Assembly (NCBI GenBank): GCA_963705295.1 | Contig: OY970065.1 | Coordinates: forward strand, 1,536,001 to 1,600,000 | Source: Parachlamydiales bacterium | GTDB taxonomy: Bacteria; Chlamydiota; Chlamydiia; Chlamydiales; Rhabdochlamydiaceae | Length of the DNA: 64,000 nt | Direction of reading: 5' to 3' | Shown here: piece by piece, positions 18,770-28,122 of the stretch | Layout of the letters: every line of letters starts with the position of its first letter | Position numbering within the stretch: position 1 is the stretch's first letter | Made by a program: the position numbers and the translations under genes | The notes under the pieces: model-generated | Told to the model about the DNA's origin: nothing | Seen by the model: the letters and a program-made list of their open reading frames with translations, nothing else | The model's database searches: none

Positions 18770-20041
18770 ATGGTCTTTTGGTTGCGACTGCTTTGCCTAA
18801 TAATTCTTTTTGAAACGGTCGCTATCCAGGCGAATGAACCGACCTATGGAATCAGCGGTAACCCAGGTGCAACCAATGTCGTGACAGGCACTGGAGAACT
18901 GGGGAGAAGAGTTTTCCAGATTCCCCAGAGCTCGGGCGTACAACTCGGCGGGGTATGGCAGGGCGACTATAACGCTCTGGTAAGCGGCGCCGCTGGAGTC
19001 CATCACAATCGGCGGTGGACAGGCAATAGTTCCTTTATTCTCGATTTATCCATTGACCTGCAAAAATCGATCGGATGGGATGGCGCTTTATTTGGCGCGG
19101 AGTTTCTCCAATTCAATGGGCAACCGACCAATGCCGATGCTGGCGTTGTTCAGGGTTACAACAGTCTTCCAGGTGAACCTCCCCTTAACAGATCCGAACT
19201 CTACCAGCTCTGGATTCGGCAAGCGTTTTGGGACGAAAAACTGAGCTTCCGCATCGGAAAAACAGTCCCCATCTGTCATTTTAACAATGTCACCAAACCT
19301 GTTCCTAAATCGGATCCAGCGAAAGCGATTCCGTCTGTGAGCGGACTCATCTATACACCGATCTTTGTCAATACAACACTCATCGGAGCCATTGGAGGTT
19401 ATTATAATTCTGTCTATGGCATTGTAACGACCGTTGCTCCTGTCGATGAGGCGTATGTTAATCTCGGTTTTTTTGATGGCAATCTAGCGCGCGGGGTCCA
19501 AACAGGACTGACGGGCCCTCACTTTAATGGTTACTACTTTTCGATCATCGAAACAGGGTATGGCTGGACCGCTCCAAAACCAGGGATAGCCGCAATTGGC
19601 GGTTGGTATCAAAGCGGACATTTAAAATCGGTGACGCAAAAAGAACACGGAACCGGCGGAGTTTACTGTTTCGCCTCACAAGCTCTTTGGATTAAAGAAA
19701 CGGAAGGCCCTAAAAATGGGGACATTTCTGGATTTTTTCAATTCGGCTGGAACGATTCCAGAACCCTTCCCATGAATCTCTTCGTCGGAGCAGGACTCAC
19801 CGCATTTTCCCTGATAAAAAGTCGCCCGAACGACTCGTTTGGGTTCGGGCTTGCCTGGTCTCGCCTCAACCCGCACACGTTTAAAAGATATTCCGAACTC
19901 ATGCTCCAAGCCTATTATCAAGCCGAGCTCTACTATTCCATCTATTTTGAACCGGTGGTGAGTTATATTCCAAACCCTGGCGCGCATCCAAACAAATCCA
20001 ATGTTGTCGCTCTCACAGGAAGAGTGACCGTTCTATTCTAA
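18770..20041 (+). CDS. oprB: Carbohydrate-selective porin, OprB family
   Basis: Signal peptide, ELYQLWIRQ, RPNDSFGFGLAW, PVVSYIPNPG, terminal Phe. Confidence 0.88.
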   Translation: MVFWLRLLCLIILFETVAIQANEPTYGISGNPGATNVVTGTGELGRRVFQIPQSSGVQLGGVWQGDYNALVSGAAGVHHNRRWTGNSSFILDLSIDLQKSIGWDGALFGAEFLQFNGQPTNADAGVVQGYNSLPGEPPLNRSELYQLWIRQAFWDEKLSFRIGKTVPICHFNNVTKPVPKSDPAKAIPSVSGLIYTPIFVNTTLIGAIGGYYNSVYGIVTTVAPVDEAYVNLGFFDGNLARGVQTGLTGPHFNGYYFSIIETGYGWTAPKPGIAAIGGWYQSGHLKSVTQKEHGTGGVYCFASQALWIKETEGPKNGDISGFFQFGWNDSRTLPMNLFVGAGLTAFSLIKSRPNDSFGFGLAWSRLNPHTFKRYSELMLQAYYQAELYYSIYFEPVVSYIPNPGAHPNKSNVVALTGRVTVLF

Positions 20042-20086
20042 GAATTTTTCTTGAATATCTTTTCATTTCCTATTAAAAGAACAGAA

Positions 20087-21271
20087 ATGATGAAATTTGT
20101 CTCTTTATTCTTACTATCCGCTTCTTTACTCGCGGGGGAAACCTACAAAGTTCCAGCAACATCAGAAACCGTCACCTTAGGGCTTTTTACCCTCAATCAA
20201 CCACCTGTTGTAAAAGTTCGTTCGGGCGACACCGTCTCCCTCGCAACATGGAATAGCTGTCTGCATGAAATGGTCTTCAATAAAACAACCCCTGCAGATG
20301 TCGCAAAATTCTACGTAGCCCATGACATTCAGAAAAGACGGGGCATGCACTCGCTGACAGGACCGGTCTATATTGAAGGTGCCGAGCCAGGTGATGTGTT
20401 AGAAATTCGAATCCTCGATATTAAACTCGGCGATTTTGGTTATAATTTCTTAAGTCCAACGCAAGGAATTTTAGCAGAATTTACAAAACCCCGAATCAAA
20501 TATTTTAAATTCGACAAAAAGAACAACACCACCGAATTCACACAAGGTGTATGTCTGCAGTTAAAACCGTTTCCTGGGATCATCGCTGTAGCTCCTCCTC
20601 TCGATTGGCCCGATGGGTGGCCCGTCAACATAGAAACAAAAGCATCCCAACCTGTCAAGGGAGAGTTTAATTCGGTTCCTCCAGGACCTTTTGGTGGCAA
20701 CTTAGATCAGCCCGAACTGCAAGCCGGTTCCATCCTTTTTCTTCCTGTGTTCCAAAAAGGAGCTCTCGTCTGGACGGGAGATTCTCATGCGATGCAAAGC
20801 AACGGCGAGATCGATATCACAGCCCTCGAGACCTCCTATGAAGCCATCACCCTCCAATTTATCGTTAGAAAAGATCTCAAAGCCGAAGGTGTATTTGACA
20901 AAACCAAGAGAAAGGGTGGAAACGCGTTCACCTGGCCCATCGTCGAAAACGCCACCCACTGGATGATTGTCGGCCTCAATGTCGATCTCTTCGAAGCAAT
21001 GAAACTCGCCTCTCGTAACGCCATCGACTTTTTAGTCCGCACACAAGGCCTCTCACCCGAAGACAGCTATCAATTCTTGAGCATGGTCGGTGATTTTGAA
21101 ATTGCCGAGGCCGTCAATGTCATCAAAAACGTCACCGTGCACATTCCGAAAGAGCCGTTCAAAGGAAATGGAAAACCGTCCACTCTTTGCCAAGAGGGGA
21201 AGTTTCCATTAAAAACTCCCAAGACCACTATCAATCCATGCACACCCCAAGAAGGAATAACCCTGGAATAA
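20087..21271 (+). CDS. Acetamidase/formamidase family protein with signal peptide
   Basis: HSLTGPVYIEGAEPGDVLEI, PGPFGGNLD, GDSHAMQSNGEI..TALE. Confidence 0.92.
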   Translation: MMKFVSLFLLSASLLAGETYKVPATSETVTLGLFTLNQPPVVKVRSGDTVSLATWNSCLHEMVFNKTTPADVAKFYVAHDIQKRRGMHSLTGPVYIEGAEPGDVLEIRILDIKLGDFGYNFLSPTQGILAEFTKPRIKYFKFDKKNNTTEFTQGVCLQLKPFPGIIAVAPPLDWPDGWPVNIETKASQPVKGEFNSVPPGPFGGNLDQPELQAGSILFLPVFQKGALVWTGDSHAMQSNGEIDITALETSYEAITLQFIVRKDLKAEGVFDKTKRKGGNAFTWPIVENATHWMIVGLNVDLFEAMKLASRNAIDFLVRTQGLSPEDSYQFLSMVGDFEIAEAVNVIKNVTVHIPKEPFKGNGKPSTLCQEGKFPLKTPKTTINPCTPQEGITLE

Positions 21272-21287
21272 CCCCTGGAATAACAAG

Positions 21288-21677
21288 ATGAAAAAAATCG
21301 TCCTATTTTTTCTCCTAGCCATCTCCACAAGCTTTGCTCAAGATCTCGTCCTTCATAACGAAACTTCATATCCCATCCAAAAATCGAAAATCGGCATCCA
21401 ATGGGCAACCTCTGCTAAAGAAATCGAAGAAAGCAACCAAGCCATCACCGCAGGCACAAAATTAAACCCCGACACCATCCAACTTCTATCTCAAAGCGGA
21501 AAAGTCCACCTTACCGTCCCTAAAAAGGCCGAATACTTTAGACTCCTCGTCTGGTCAACAGGCGAAGGCGAGCCCGACCTTCTCACCAATTGGGTCGACA
21601 TCGTTCCCAATAAAACCTACACCCTAAAACCCGACCACCTCTTCCCGTCCGTCCTCATGGCCGGCATCGGCTGCTAA
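21288..21677 (+). CDS. Exported hypothetical protein
   Basis: MKKIVLFFLLAISTSFA signal peptide; ends LMAGIGC. Confidence 0.8.
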   Translation: MKKIVLFFLLAISTSFAQDLVLHNETSYPIQKSKIGIQWATSAKEIEESNQAITAGTKLNPDTIQLLSQSGKVHLTVPKKAEYFRLLVWSTGEGEPDLLTNWVDIVPNKTYTLKPDHLFPSVLMAGIGC

Positions 21678-21680
21678 CGA

Positions 21681-21709
21681 GTTGACTTAAACCCCAAGAA
21701 AAAGTAAAA
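21681..21709 (+). repeat. 29-bp direct repeat, right copy; overlaps probable TTGACT-17-TAAAAG promoter of ycaC
   Basis: 27/29 identity to 18726-18754. Confidence 0.85.
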
Positions 21710-21719
21710 GCTTTTTTAT

Positions 21720-22349
21720 ATGGGATATACAGATTTACTGACTCCAGACAATTGTTTTGTAGCGCTGATTGATTACCAACCAGCGATGTATTTTGGCGTG
21801 CAAAGTCATGATCGGATAACCATCATGCACAACTCCGTTGTCGTTGCAAAGACAGCGAAATTGTTCAAGATACCGACTATTTTATCGACGGTGGCTCGCG
21901 ATAGTTTTAGTGGCCCTCTCGATGAGGCGCTCACATCCATTTTTAAAGACCAGAAAGTCATTGACAGGACTTCGATCAATGGCTGGGGTGATCCAAACTT
22001 TCGGAAAGCTGTGGAAGGAATCAAGCGGAAGAAATGTGTCATCGGAGGACTCTGGACTGAGGCGTGCGTTTTATTCCCCTCTCTAGAGATGCTCAAAGCG
22101 AACTACGAAATTTATGTGGCCACTGATGCGTGTGGGGATGTTTCTCTCGAAGCTCATGACCGAAGCGTCCAGAGACTCGTCCAAGCCGGAGCCGTTCCTA
22201 TCACCTCTTTGCAGTTCCTCTTTGAATTGCAACAAGACTGGGCTAGAAGCGCGACTTACGATGGTGTGATGGAGATTCTAAAGGAAGAGTCGCCGTACGG
22301 CAAGCAGGTTGTTTTCTCCCATTGGGCCCTGGGTGGACATGGGGGTTGA
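21720..22349 (+). CDS. ycaC: Isochorismatase-family cysteine hydrolase (YcaC-like)
   Basis: LIDYQP, IDRTSINGW, GLWTEACV, ELQQDWAR. Confidence 0.92.
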   Translation: MGYTDLLTPDNCFVALIDYQPAMYFGVQSHDRITIMHNSVVVAKTAKLFKIPTILSTVARDSFSGPLDEALTSIFKDQKVIDRTSINGWGDPNFRKAVEGIKRKKCVIGGLWTEACVLFPSLEMLKANYEIYVATDACGDVSLEAHDRSVQRLVQAGAVPITSLQFLFELQQDWARSATYDGVMEILKEESPYGKQVVFSHWALGGHGG

Positions 22350-22350
22350 C

Positions 22351-24135
22351 ATGGCGGTTGACCTCGTTTTATTTAATGGAAGAATCACCACGCTCGATCC
22401 GGAAAAACCTGAAGTCTCGGCTCTAGGAATTAAAGACGGCCTCGTTGTCGCTCTTGGTTCAGATGAAGAAGTAGGGAAGGGAACACAGCAAATAGACCTA
22501 AAACAACGGCGTGTCATTCCGGGTCTCAACGATTCTCACCTCCATTTGATTCGCGGGGGCCTCAATTACAATATGGAACTACGGTGGGATGGAGTTCCCT
22601 CACTGGCGACGGCAATGGACATGCTCAAGGCCCAAGCACGGCGCACTCCCCCACCGCAATGGGTCCGCGTGATTGGCGGCTGGTCAGAAATGCAGTTCGT
22701 TGAAAAACGGATGCCGACTCTTCAAGAGATCAATGCCGTGGCACCGGAGACCCCTGTTTTTATTCTTCACCTTTATGACCGAGCTCTCCTCAATGCAGCC
22801 GCACTTCGGGCAGTTGGATACACCAAAGAGACGCCAGATCCCGTCGGCGGAAGAATCGAGCGTGACAAAAATGGCATTCCTACCGGCGCCCTCATTGCAG
22901 AGCCCAATGCGCTCATCCTCTATGCAACGCTGGCGAAAGGACCAAAACTTCCCCTCGAAGATCAGATCAATTCGACACGCCACTTCATGCGAGAACTCAA
23001 CCGTCTCGGACTCACGAGCTGCATCGATGCGGGCGGCGGTTTTCAGAATTACCCCGACGATTACAAAGTCATCGAACATCTCCATGAAAATAATCAAATG
23101 ACCCTTCGCATCGCCTATAACTTATTCACGCAGAACCCGGGAAAAGAACTCGCCGATTTTCAAAAGTGGTCGAAAATGACTTCCCCCTATTCCGGTGACG
23201 GCATGTATCGGCAAAATGGCGCCGGCGAAATGTTGGTTTTTTCAGCCGCCGACTTCGAAGACTTTTTGTATCAAAGACCCGACATGCCCTCCAACATGGA
23301 AGGAGATTTAAAACAAGTCGTTCGATTTTTAGTCGAAAACCGGTGGCCTTTCCGGCTCCATGCCACCTACAATGAAACCATCCACCGAGCCCTCAATGTC
23401 TTCGAAGAAGTCAACCGAGAAGTTCCATTCAAAGACCTCAGCTGGTTTTTCGATCATGCAGAAACGATCACCGATGGCAATCTAGAAAGGATCAAAGCTC
23501 TAAATGGAGGAATCGCCATCCAACACCGAATGGCCTACCAGGGCGAATATTTTATCGAAAGATACGGAAAACAAGCCGCCAAACGAGCGCCACCCATCCG
23601 TAAAATGCTCAAGATGGGGATTCCCGTAGGAGCAGGAACCGATGCAACGCGCGTTGCCAGCTACAACCCGTGGATGTCTCTTTACTGGCTTGTGACAGGC
23701 AAAACCGTCGGCGGAACGTCTCTCTATGGCGATGAAAATAAAGTCGACCGGCTCGAAGCCCTCCGCCTTTACACCCTCGGAAGCGCTACCCTCTCGCGCG
23801 AAGAAAACCAAAAAGGATCCCTCTCCATTGGCAGATATGCCGATCTCGCCGTCCTCTCCCAAGACTATTTCCAAGTCCCCGATAAATCGATCAAAGACAT
23901 CACTTCCGTTCTAACGGTCGTGGGCGGGAAAATCGTCTACGGCTCCGATGAATTTTCCCCTCTCGATTCCCTCAAAGATCTCCCCGTTAGTCCCGATTGG
24001 TCTCCCGTCCGCCACTTCGGCGGCTACTACCAACCTCAATGTTGCTCCCATAAAAATCCCCTCGACCATCATTTCGGACATACAGAACCGTCACTCAATC
24101 CATGGTCGTTCGGCTGCGACTGCTTTGCGTATTAG
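22351..24135 (+). CDS. YtcJ-like metal-dependent amidohydrolase (amidohydro_3)
   Basis: IPGLNDSHLH, FRLHATY, DHAE, GTDATRVASYNPW, C-terminal GCDCFAY. Confidence 0.95.
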   Translation: MAVDLVLFNGRITTLDPEKPEVSALGIKDGLVVALGSDEEVGKGTQQIDLKQRRVIPGLNDSHLHLIRGGLNYNMELRWDGVPSLATAMDMLKAQARRTPPPQWVRVIGGWSEMQFVEKRMPTLQEINAVAPETPVFILHLYDRALLNAAALRAVGYTKETPDPVGGRIERDKNGIPTGALIAEPNALILYATLAKGPKLPLEDQINSTRHFMRELNRLGLTSCIDAGGGFQNYPDDYKVIEHLHENNQMTLRIAYNLFTQNPGKELADFQKWSKMTSPYSGDGMYRQNGAGEMLVFSAADFEDFLYQRPDMPSNMEGDLKQVVRFLVENRWPFRLHATYNETIHRALNVFEEVNREVPFKDLSWFFDHAETITDGNLERIKALNGGIAIQHRMAYQGEYFIERYGKQAAKRAPPIRKMLKMGIPVGAGTDATRVASYNPWMSLYWLVTGKTVGGTSLYGDENKVDRLEALRLYTLGSATLSREENQKGSLSIGRYADLAVLSQDYFQVPDKSIKDITSVLTVVGGKIVYGSDEFSPLDSLKDLPVSPDWSPVRHFGGYYQPQCCSHKNPLDHHFGHTEPSLNPWSFGCDCFAY

Positions 24136-25355
24136 AATTTAAAATTTATATCAAAAACGAAGCCTTGAGCCCAAAAACCTGTAGTGCGATGTTTGAATTT
24201 AGGACGTTTTGGTCCTCGGGGAAGTGGTGCAGCGGCGGGGATGCCGAAAGGAACTGGTTTATCGGGACCGATTCCAACTGTAGCGCGAGAAGCTTTTGCA
24301 AGGGCTGTTCGAGTCGGATTAATTTTCCTGTCGATTTGTTTTCCTGGGCGCACCACTTGGTTCAGCCATAAGAAATCGTAACCAACACCCATTTCAAAGC
24401 AGCGTGAGAATTGATAAGAGAGGTGGACGCCGGTTTCAAAAACGATTGCAAATCGATTGTGATGCTGTGATCCTCGATTTGTTGGTTCAGAAAATAATCC
24501 TCCTTTCAAAACTTCATTGCCCGTATTTTTTGTCATATAAAACAAATTGCCATTCGATGTTTCGCTTTTGCCTTCTATTCTCAATTTTTGATGCATGCAC
24601 CCAAAACCTACTTTGGCGAAACCATTGAAAAGCCATCGATCTACATTGTAATCTGCTTTTAGTCCAATCTGGGGTCCAAAGAAGTTATTGTAAGTTTTAA
24701 AACTGTCTTTGAAATCGTAGAATCCGGTGGCAATAGAATTGGATAAGGCGGCAGTTTTGCCTATAAACGACAAAGATTCTTGCAATTGTACCCATCGAAA
24801 CCCCCCAATAAAATGGATCCTACTGATTAAATTGACTAAGGTATTGAGCTCAGAGCCGAGCAGCTTATTTGACAGTTTTAATGTAAAACGGCCCTTAAAT
24901 CCGGGTCCTGATAGAGGGCCAGGTAGAATGAAGATCGTTTCTCCAAGAACAACATTTAGCCCCCACAAACCTGTGACATCATCGATCGGCACGGCAACAT
25001 TCGGAGATCCAGGCTCACCCGATGTATGGATCGATTTGTGATGCCATTTTTTTGGCAGCATGAAAAAATTCCCGTCTAGTCCAAACTGCTGGCAGCCCCC
25101 GATCCATCGTCCTAGTGTTATGCGAAATCCACTGCGCCAACCCATATCGATCTCTTTATCACCGAGTCGGATTTTTGTTCCGGGCTGCCCAAGGGCGCCC
25201 GGCAAAGGGTCAGTCAAAGACGCCGATGTCACGAGTGGCACTTCAGCAGGAGCTTTTTTGGTCGCCCATAGGAGATAGTCACCTTCCAGCCACCCTTCGT
25301 TAGTATAAAGGGAATATGTACCCAAAAGACATAATCCGAAAAAAAGACGATTCAT
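24132..25355 (-). CDS. BBP7/DUF1551-type outer-membrane beta-barrel protein
   Basis: Signal peptide, WLEGDYLLW, TYNNFFGPQIG, GYDFLWLNQVVRPGKQID, FWAQG..F.F end. Confidence 0.85.
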   Translation of the reverse strand: MNRLFFGLCLLGTYSLYTNEGWLEGDYLLWATKKAPAEVPLVTSASLTDPLPGALGQPGTKIRLGDKEIDMGWRSGFRITLGRWIGGCQQFGLDGNFFMLPKKWHHKSIHTSGEPGSPNVAVPIDDVTGLWGLNVVLGETIFILPGPLSGPGFKGRFTLKLSNKLLGSELNTLVNLISRIHFIGGFRWVQLQESLSFIGKTAALSNSIATGFYDFKDSFKTYNNFFGPQIGLKADYNVDRWLFNGFAKVGFGCMHQKLRIEGKSETSNGNLFYMTKNTGNEVLKGGLFSEPTNRGSQHHNRFAIVFETGVHLSYQFSRCFEMGVGYDFLWLNQVVRPGKQIDRKINPTRTALAKASRATVGIGPDKPVPFGIPAAAPLPRGPKRPKFKHRTTGFWAQGFVFDINFKF

Positions 25356-25359
25356 TTAC

Positions 25360-25899
25360 CTACTTTGCAAAGAGCCAACCAATAACGACTCCAATAATGA
25401 TGATTAAAATGTTGATGAAAAACTGCAAGTAATAGATATGCTTTTGGCTTGCGACGAGGATAAACGTCGTGAGCCGTTTTTCTTCTTCTTCCATGATAGA
25501 CCGTCTTCGCTGATCTAAACCAAAAAAATCATCCAGGATTTTCCTAGCCCTCTCAAGGGGAATCTCTGAAGAGAGCAAGACGACTTTTTTGATGCTTCCC
25601 GCTACCCATAATAGATCTCCTATGAAATGATCGATGTCCCATTCGGGCAAAACTCTTTTTTCGAATGGATAATCTCGTTTTATTTTTTCAATGTCATCGA
25701 TCAGACCCTTCTTTGAGAGCTCCTCAACAATTTTCTCTTTGCGAATAAGATGCTCGAGCTCCTCTAAATTATGATAAAATTCAACGAGCAATAGCAAGTC
25801 CCACCGGTCACGCATGACTTTTTTGACACCAAAGGTGAGATCTTCATCCAACAGAATGACTCTTTTTCGCCTAAGTTTTCTAAAAAATCCCAGTCGCAT
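25360..25899 (-). CDS. Hypothetical protein with C-terminal TM anchor
   Basis: ORF co-directional with the BBP7 gene; hydrophobic C-terminus. Confidence 0.65.
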   Translation of the reverse strand: MRLGFFRKLRRKRVILLDEDLTFGVKKVMRDRWDLLLLVEFYHNLEELEHLIRKEKIVEELSKKGLIDDIEKIKRDYPFEKRVLPEWDIDHFIGDLLWVAGSIKKVVLLSSEIPLERARKILDDFFGLDQRRRSIMEEEEKRLTTFILVASQKHIYYLQFFINILIIIIGVVIGWLFAK

Positions 25900-25944
25900 C
25901 ACTTCCAACTGTAAGAAAATACAAAATTTTTTTACTATAAAAAA

Positions 25945-27609
25945 ATGTTTAAAAGCTTTGCTTTATCGATCTTTTTTGCTGCGATTGGCTTTTCTCCAGA
26001 ATGTATCGATGAACAAGAGGTCTTTAATACGACCACAACCATTTATCATGGATCGTCTGTCGAACCGACCATTGCGGTTAATCCAAAGAATAAAAAAAAT
26101 ATGGTCGCTGTCTGGCAACAAGATCGAATCTCGAATGGAGCAGCATTTGAAGCGGGAATAGCCTATTCCAAAGATGGCGGTAGACATTGGCATAAAAGCA
26201 GTGTTCCTTTTCAAATATGTGAAGGTGGGATAAGTCAACGTTCTGGGGATGAATGGTTAAGTTATTCTGCTGATGGGAGCAGAGTCTATCTATGCGCTGC
26301 AGTCCTCAATGCAACGAAAGTACCCCATACAGAAAAGCAGTTCGGAGTGGTCGTCACAATTTCTGAAGACGATGGAGCGACCTGGAGCAAGCCTCGTTTT
26401 TTATTCTCCAGCATGAATTATCTAAACGAGCCCACGAAACAATTTGCAAATTCCGACAAAACTTCCCTAACGGCTGATCCAAATGATTCCCGTAATGCCA
26501 TCGCGGTCTGGGCGAACTTCAATCCAAGTGCGTCATTCCATGGTGTCGCTCAAAGCAGCTATACAACGAATGGTGGAAAAAGCTGGTCGGCGGTACAACT
26601 TTTATACGATCCCTTTCCAGATCTTGTAGAACAAGGCTTAAGTAATGGGATTCAAAATGACAATCAGGCGAGCAATAATGTGGTTGTCATACCAAAGAAG
26701 GGCGATTGGCTCAACTTCACTGTTCGAGTCTATGCAAAGCCAGGCAGCACCGATGCTCAATATACGAACGATTCTTTTCCTTTCCAATATTCACTGACAG
26801 ATATTGTCGCTATACGTTCCAAAGACCAGGGTAAAAAATGGAATCCTCATTCAAAAGTTGTCATACCCAGTTTTGTCAATCATTTACTTTACACGGGTGG
26901 ATACACCTACGACAGCGAGGGAAATATCACAGGCGGACTCGGAACCCTCGTGAGAAATGATCAAACAATTCCTTCTTATAATGTGAACCCAAAAAATGGT
27001 TTTTTGTACGTTGCCTATCAAACGAGCGAGTTTAGAGCAGACCAACTCCAGCAAATAGGGCTTGTCACTTCGCGGGATGGCGGACATACTTGGTCAACGC
27101 CTGTACAAATTAATCGTACCCCTGCCAATGCATTAAATCCTCAAGCTTTTGCACCCTTTGTTGCCGTCACTAAAAATGGACGCGTCGGTGTGCTATATTT
27201 TGACTTTCGCAAGGATGATCGATCGGATTTAAATCACACCAAAATGGATGCATGGCTTGCAATCTACCAGGAAACGCATGTCGGCCTCGATTTTATCAAA
27301 GAGATACGTCTTTCTGAAAAATCGTATATCGCTCAGAATGGCCCCCTGACGTCCCAAGGAGTGATGACTGAAGGTGATTATCAGTTCCTTAGGGCCGAAG
27401 GAAACAAATTTTATGCCATCTATATGAAGTCATTCGATGGTCCTTTTACCCCACCCTCTGTGGTCTTCACCGATCCCGTACACCATGCCACTATCCTCCT
27501 AGATAATAACCGGCGTACGGCTCCTTTTGTCACCATCGTTAAGAATACTGAAAAAGGAGCACACTTGCTTTTAACAAAAAAATTATTAACGGCGGCTATA
27601 AAAAGGTGA
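25945..27609 (+). CDS. Exported BNR/Asp-box (sialidase-like) beta-propeller protein
   Basis: EPTIAVNP; Asp-boxes SKDGGRHW, SEDDGATW, TTNGGKSW, SKDQGKKW, SRDGGHTW; GDY motif. Confidence 0.88.
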   Translation: MFKSFALSIFFAAIGFSPECIDEQEVFNTTTTIYHGSSVEPTIAVNPKNKKNMVAVWQQDRISNGAAFEAGIAYSKDGGRHWHKSSVPFQICEGGISQRSGDEWLSYSADGSRVYLCAAVLNATKVPHTEKQFGVVVTISEDDGATWSKPRFLFSSMNYLNEPTKQFANSDKTSLTADPNDSRNAIAVWANFNPSASFHGVAQSSYTTNGGKSWSAVQLLYDPFPDLVEQGLSNGIQNDNQASNNVVVIPKKGDWLNFTVRVYAKPGSTDAQYTNDSFPFQYSLTDIVAIRSKDQGKKWNPHSKVVIPSFVNHLLYTGGYTYDSEGNITGGLGTLVRNDQTIPSYNVNPKNGFLYVAYQTSEFRADQLQQIGLVTSRDGGHTWSTPVQINRTPANALNPQAFAPFVAVTKNGRVGVLYFDFRKDDRSDLNHTKMDAWLAIYQETHVGLDFIKEIRLSEKSYIAQNGPLTSQGVMTEGDYQFLRAEGNKFYAIYMKSFDGPFTPPSVVFTDPVHHATILLDNNRRTAPFVTIVKNTEKGAHLLLTKKLLTAAIKR

Positions 27610-27772
27610 CAACCTGCTTGCTGCGGCTTGCGGCTATCGATTCTCGCTCAGAATCCTTCGTATTCAAGAATGTTATTCCTCGCGAGAATCAATCTGGCTT
27701 TGCCTTGCAGCGCATCTTGTCATTTTTTTGGGTCATTTTTTTGGGTCACCTTTTTATGGCCCCCGTTAATAA
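27583..27772. mobile_element. Palindromic element family A, copy 2 (inverted; extra GGGTCA arm segments)
   Basis: Reverse complement of the A core; TTATTAAC...GTTAATAA ends. Confidence 0.88.
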
Positions 27773-27936
27773 AAACGCCATCTTGAGTTCAGCATTATAA
27801 AACCCGCTAGACAAATTATTTGCTTGCTCTCTTCCGATTGGGATGAGGAAATCGGACCCGGCAGGGACCAATTCGAACTATTTCGTTTCTCCCCTGCAAC
27901 GTCAGTCAACTACAAGCTCGCTCCTAGATCAAGGAG

Positions 27937-28122
27937 TTATTAACCCGACAGGCAAACAGGTGACAATCTGCTTGCTGCACTCCTGCCAGATCGATCCTCC
28001 TCCTCGGCCTAGCCTTTGGCTATGCCCCTCGTCGGTCGGACCGCTAACGCTTCGATCTGACAGGAGTTCGCTGACGCATATTGTCACCCTTTGGGTCACC
28101 TGTTTGCCCGTCGGGCTAATAG
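27937..28122. mobile_element. Palindromic element family B, copy 1
   Basis: TTATTAACCCGACAGGCAAACAGGTGAC...GTCACCTGTTTGCCCGTCGGGCTAATAG; inverted copy at 51906-52091. Confidence 0.9.
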
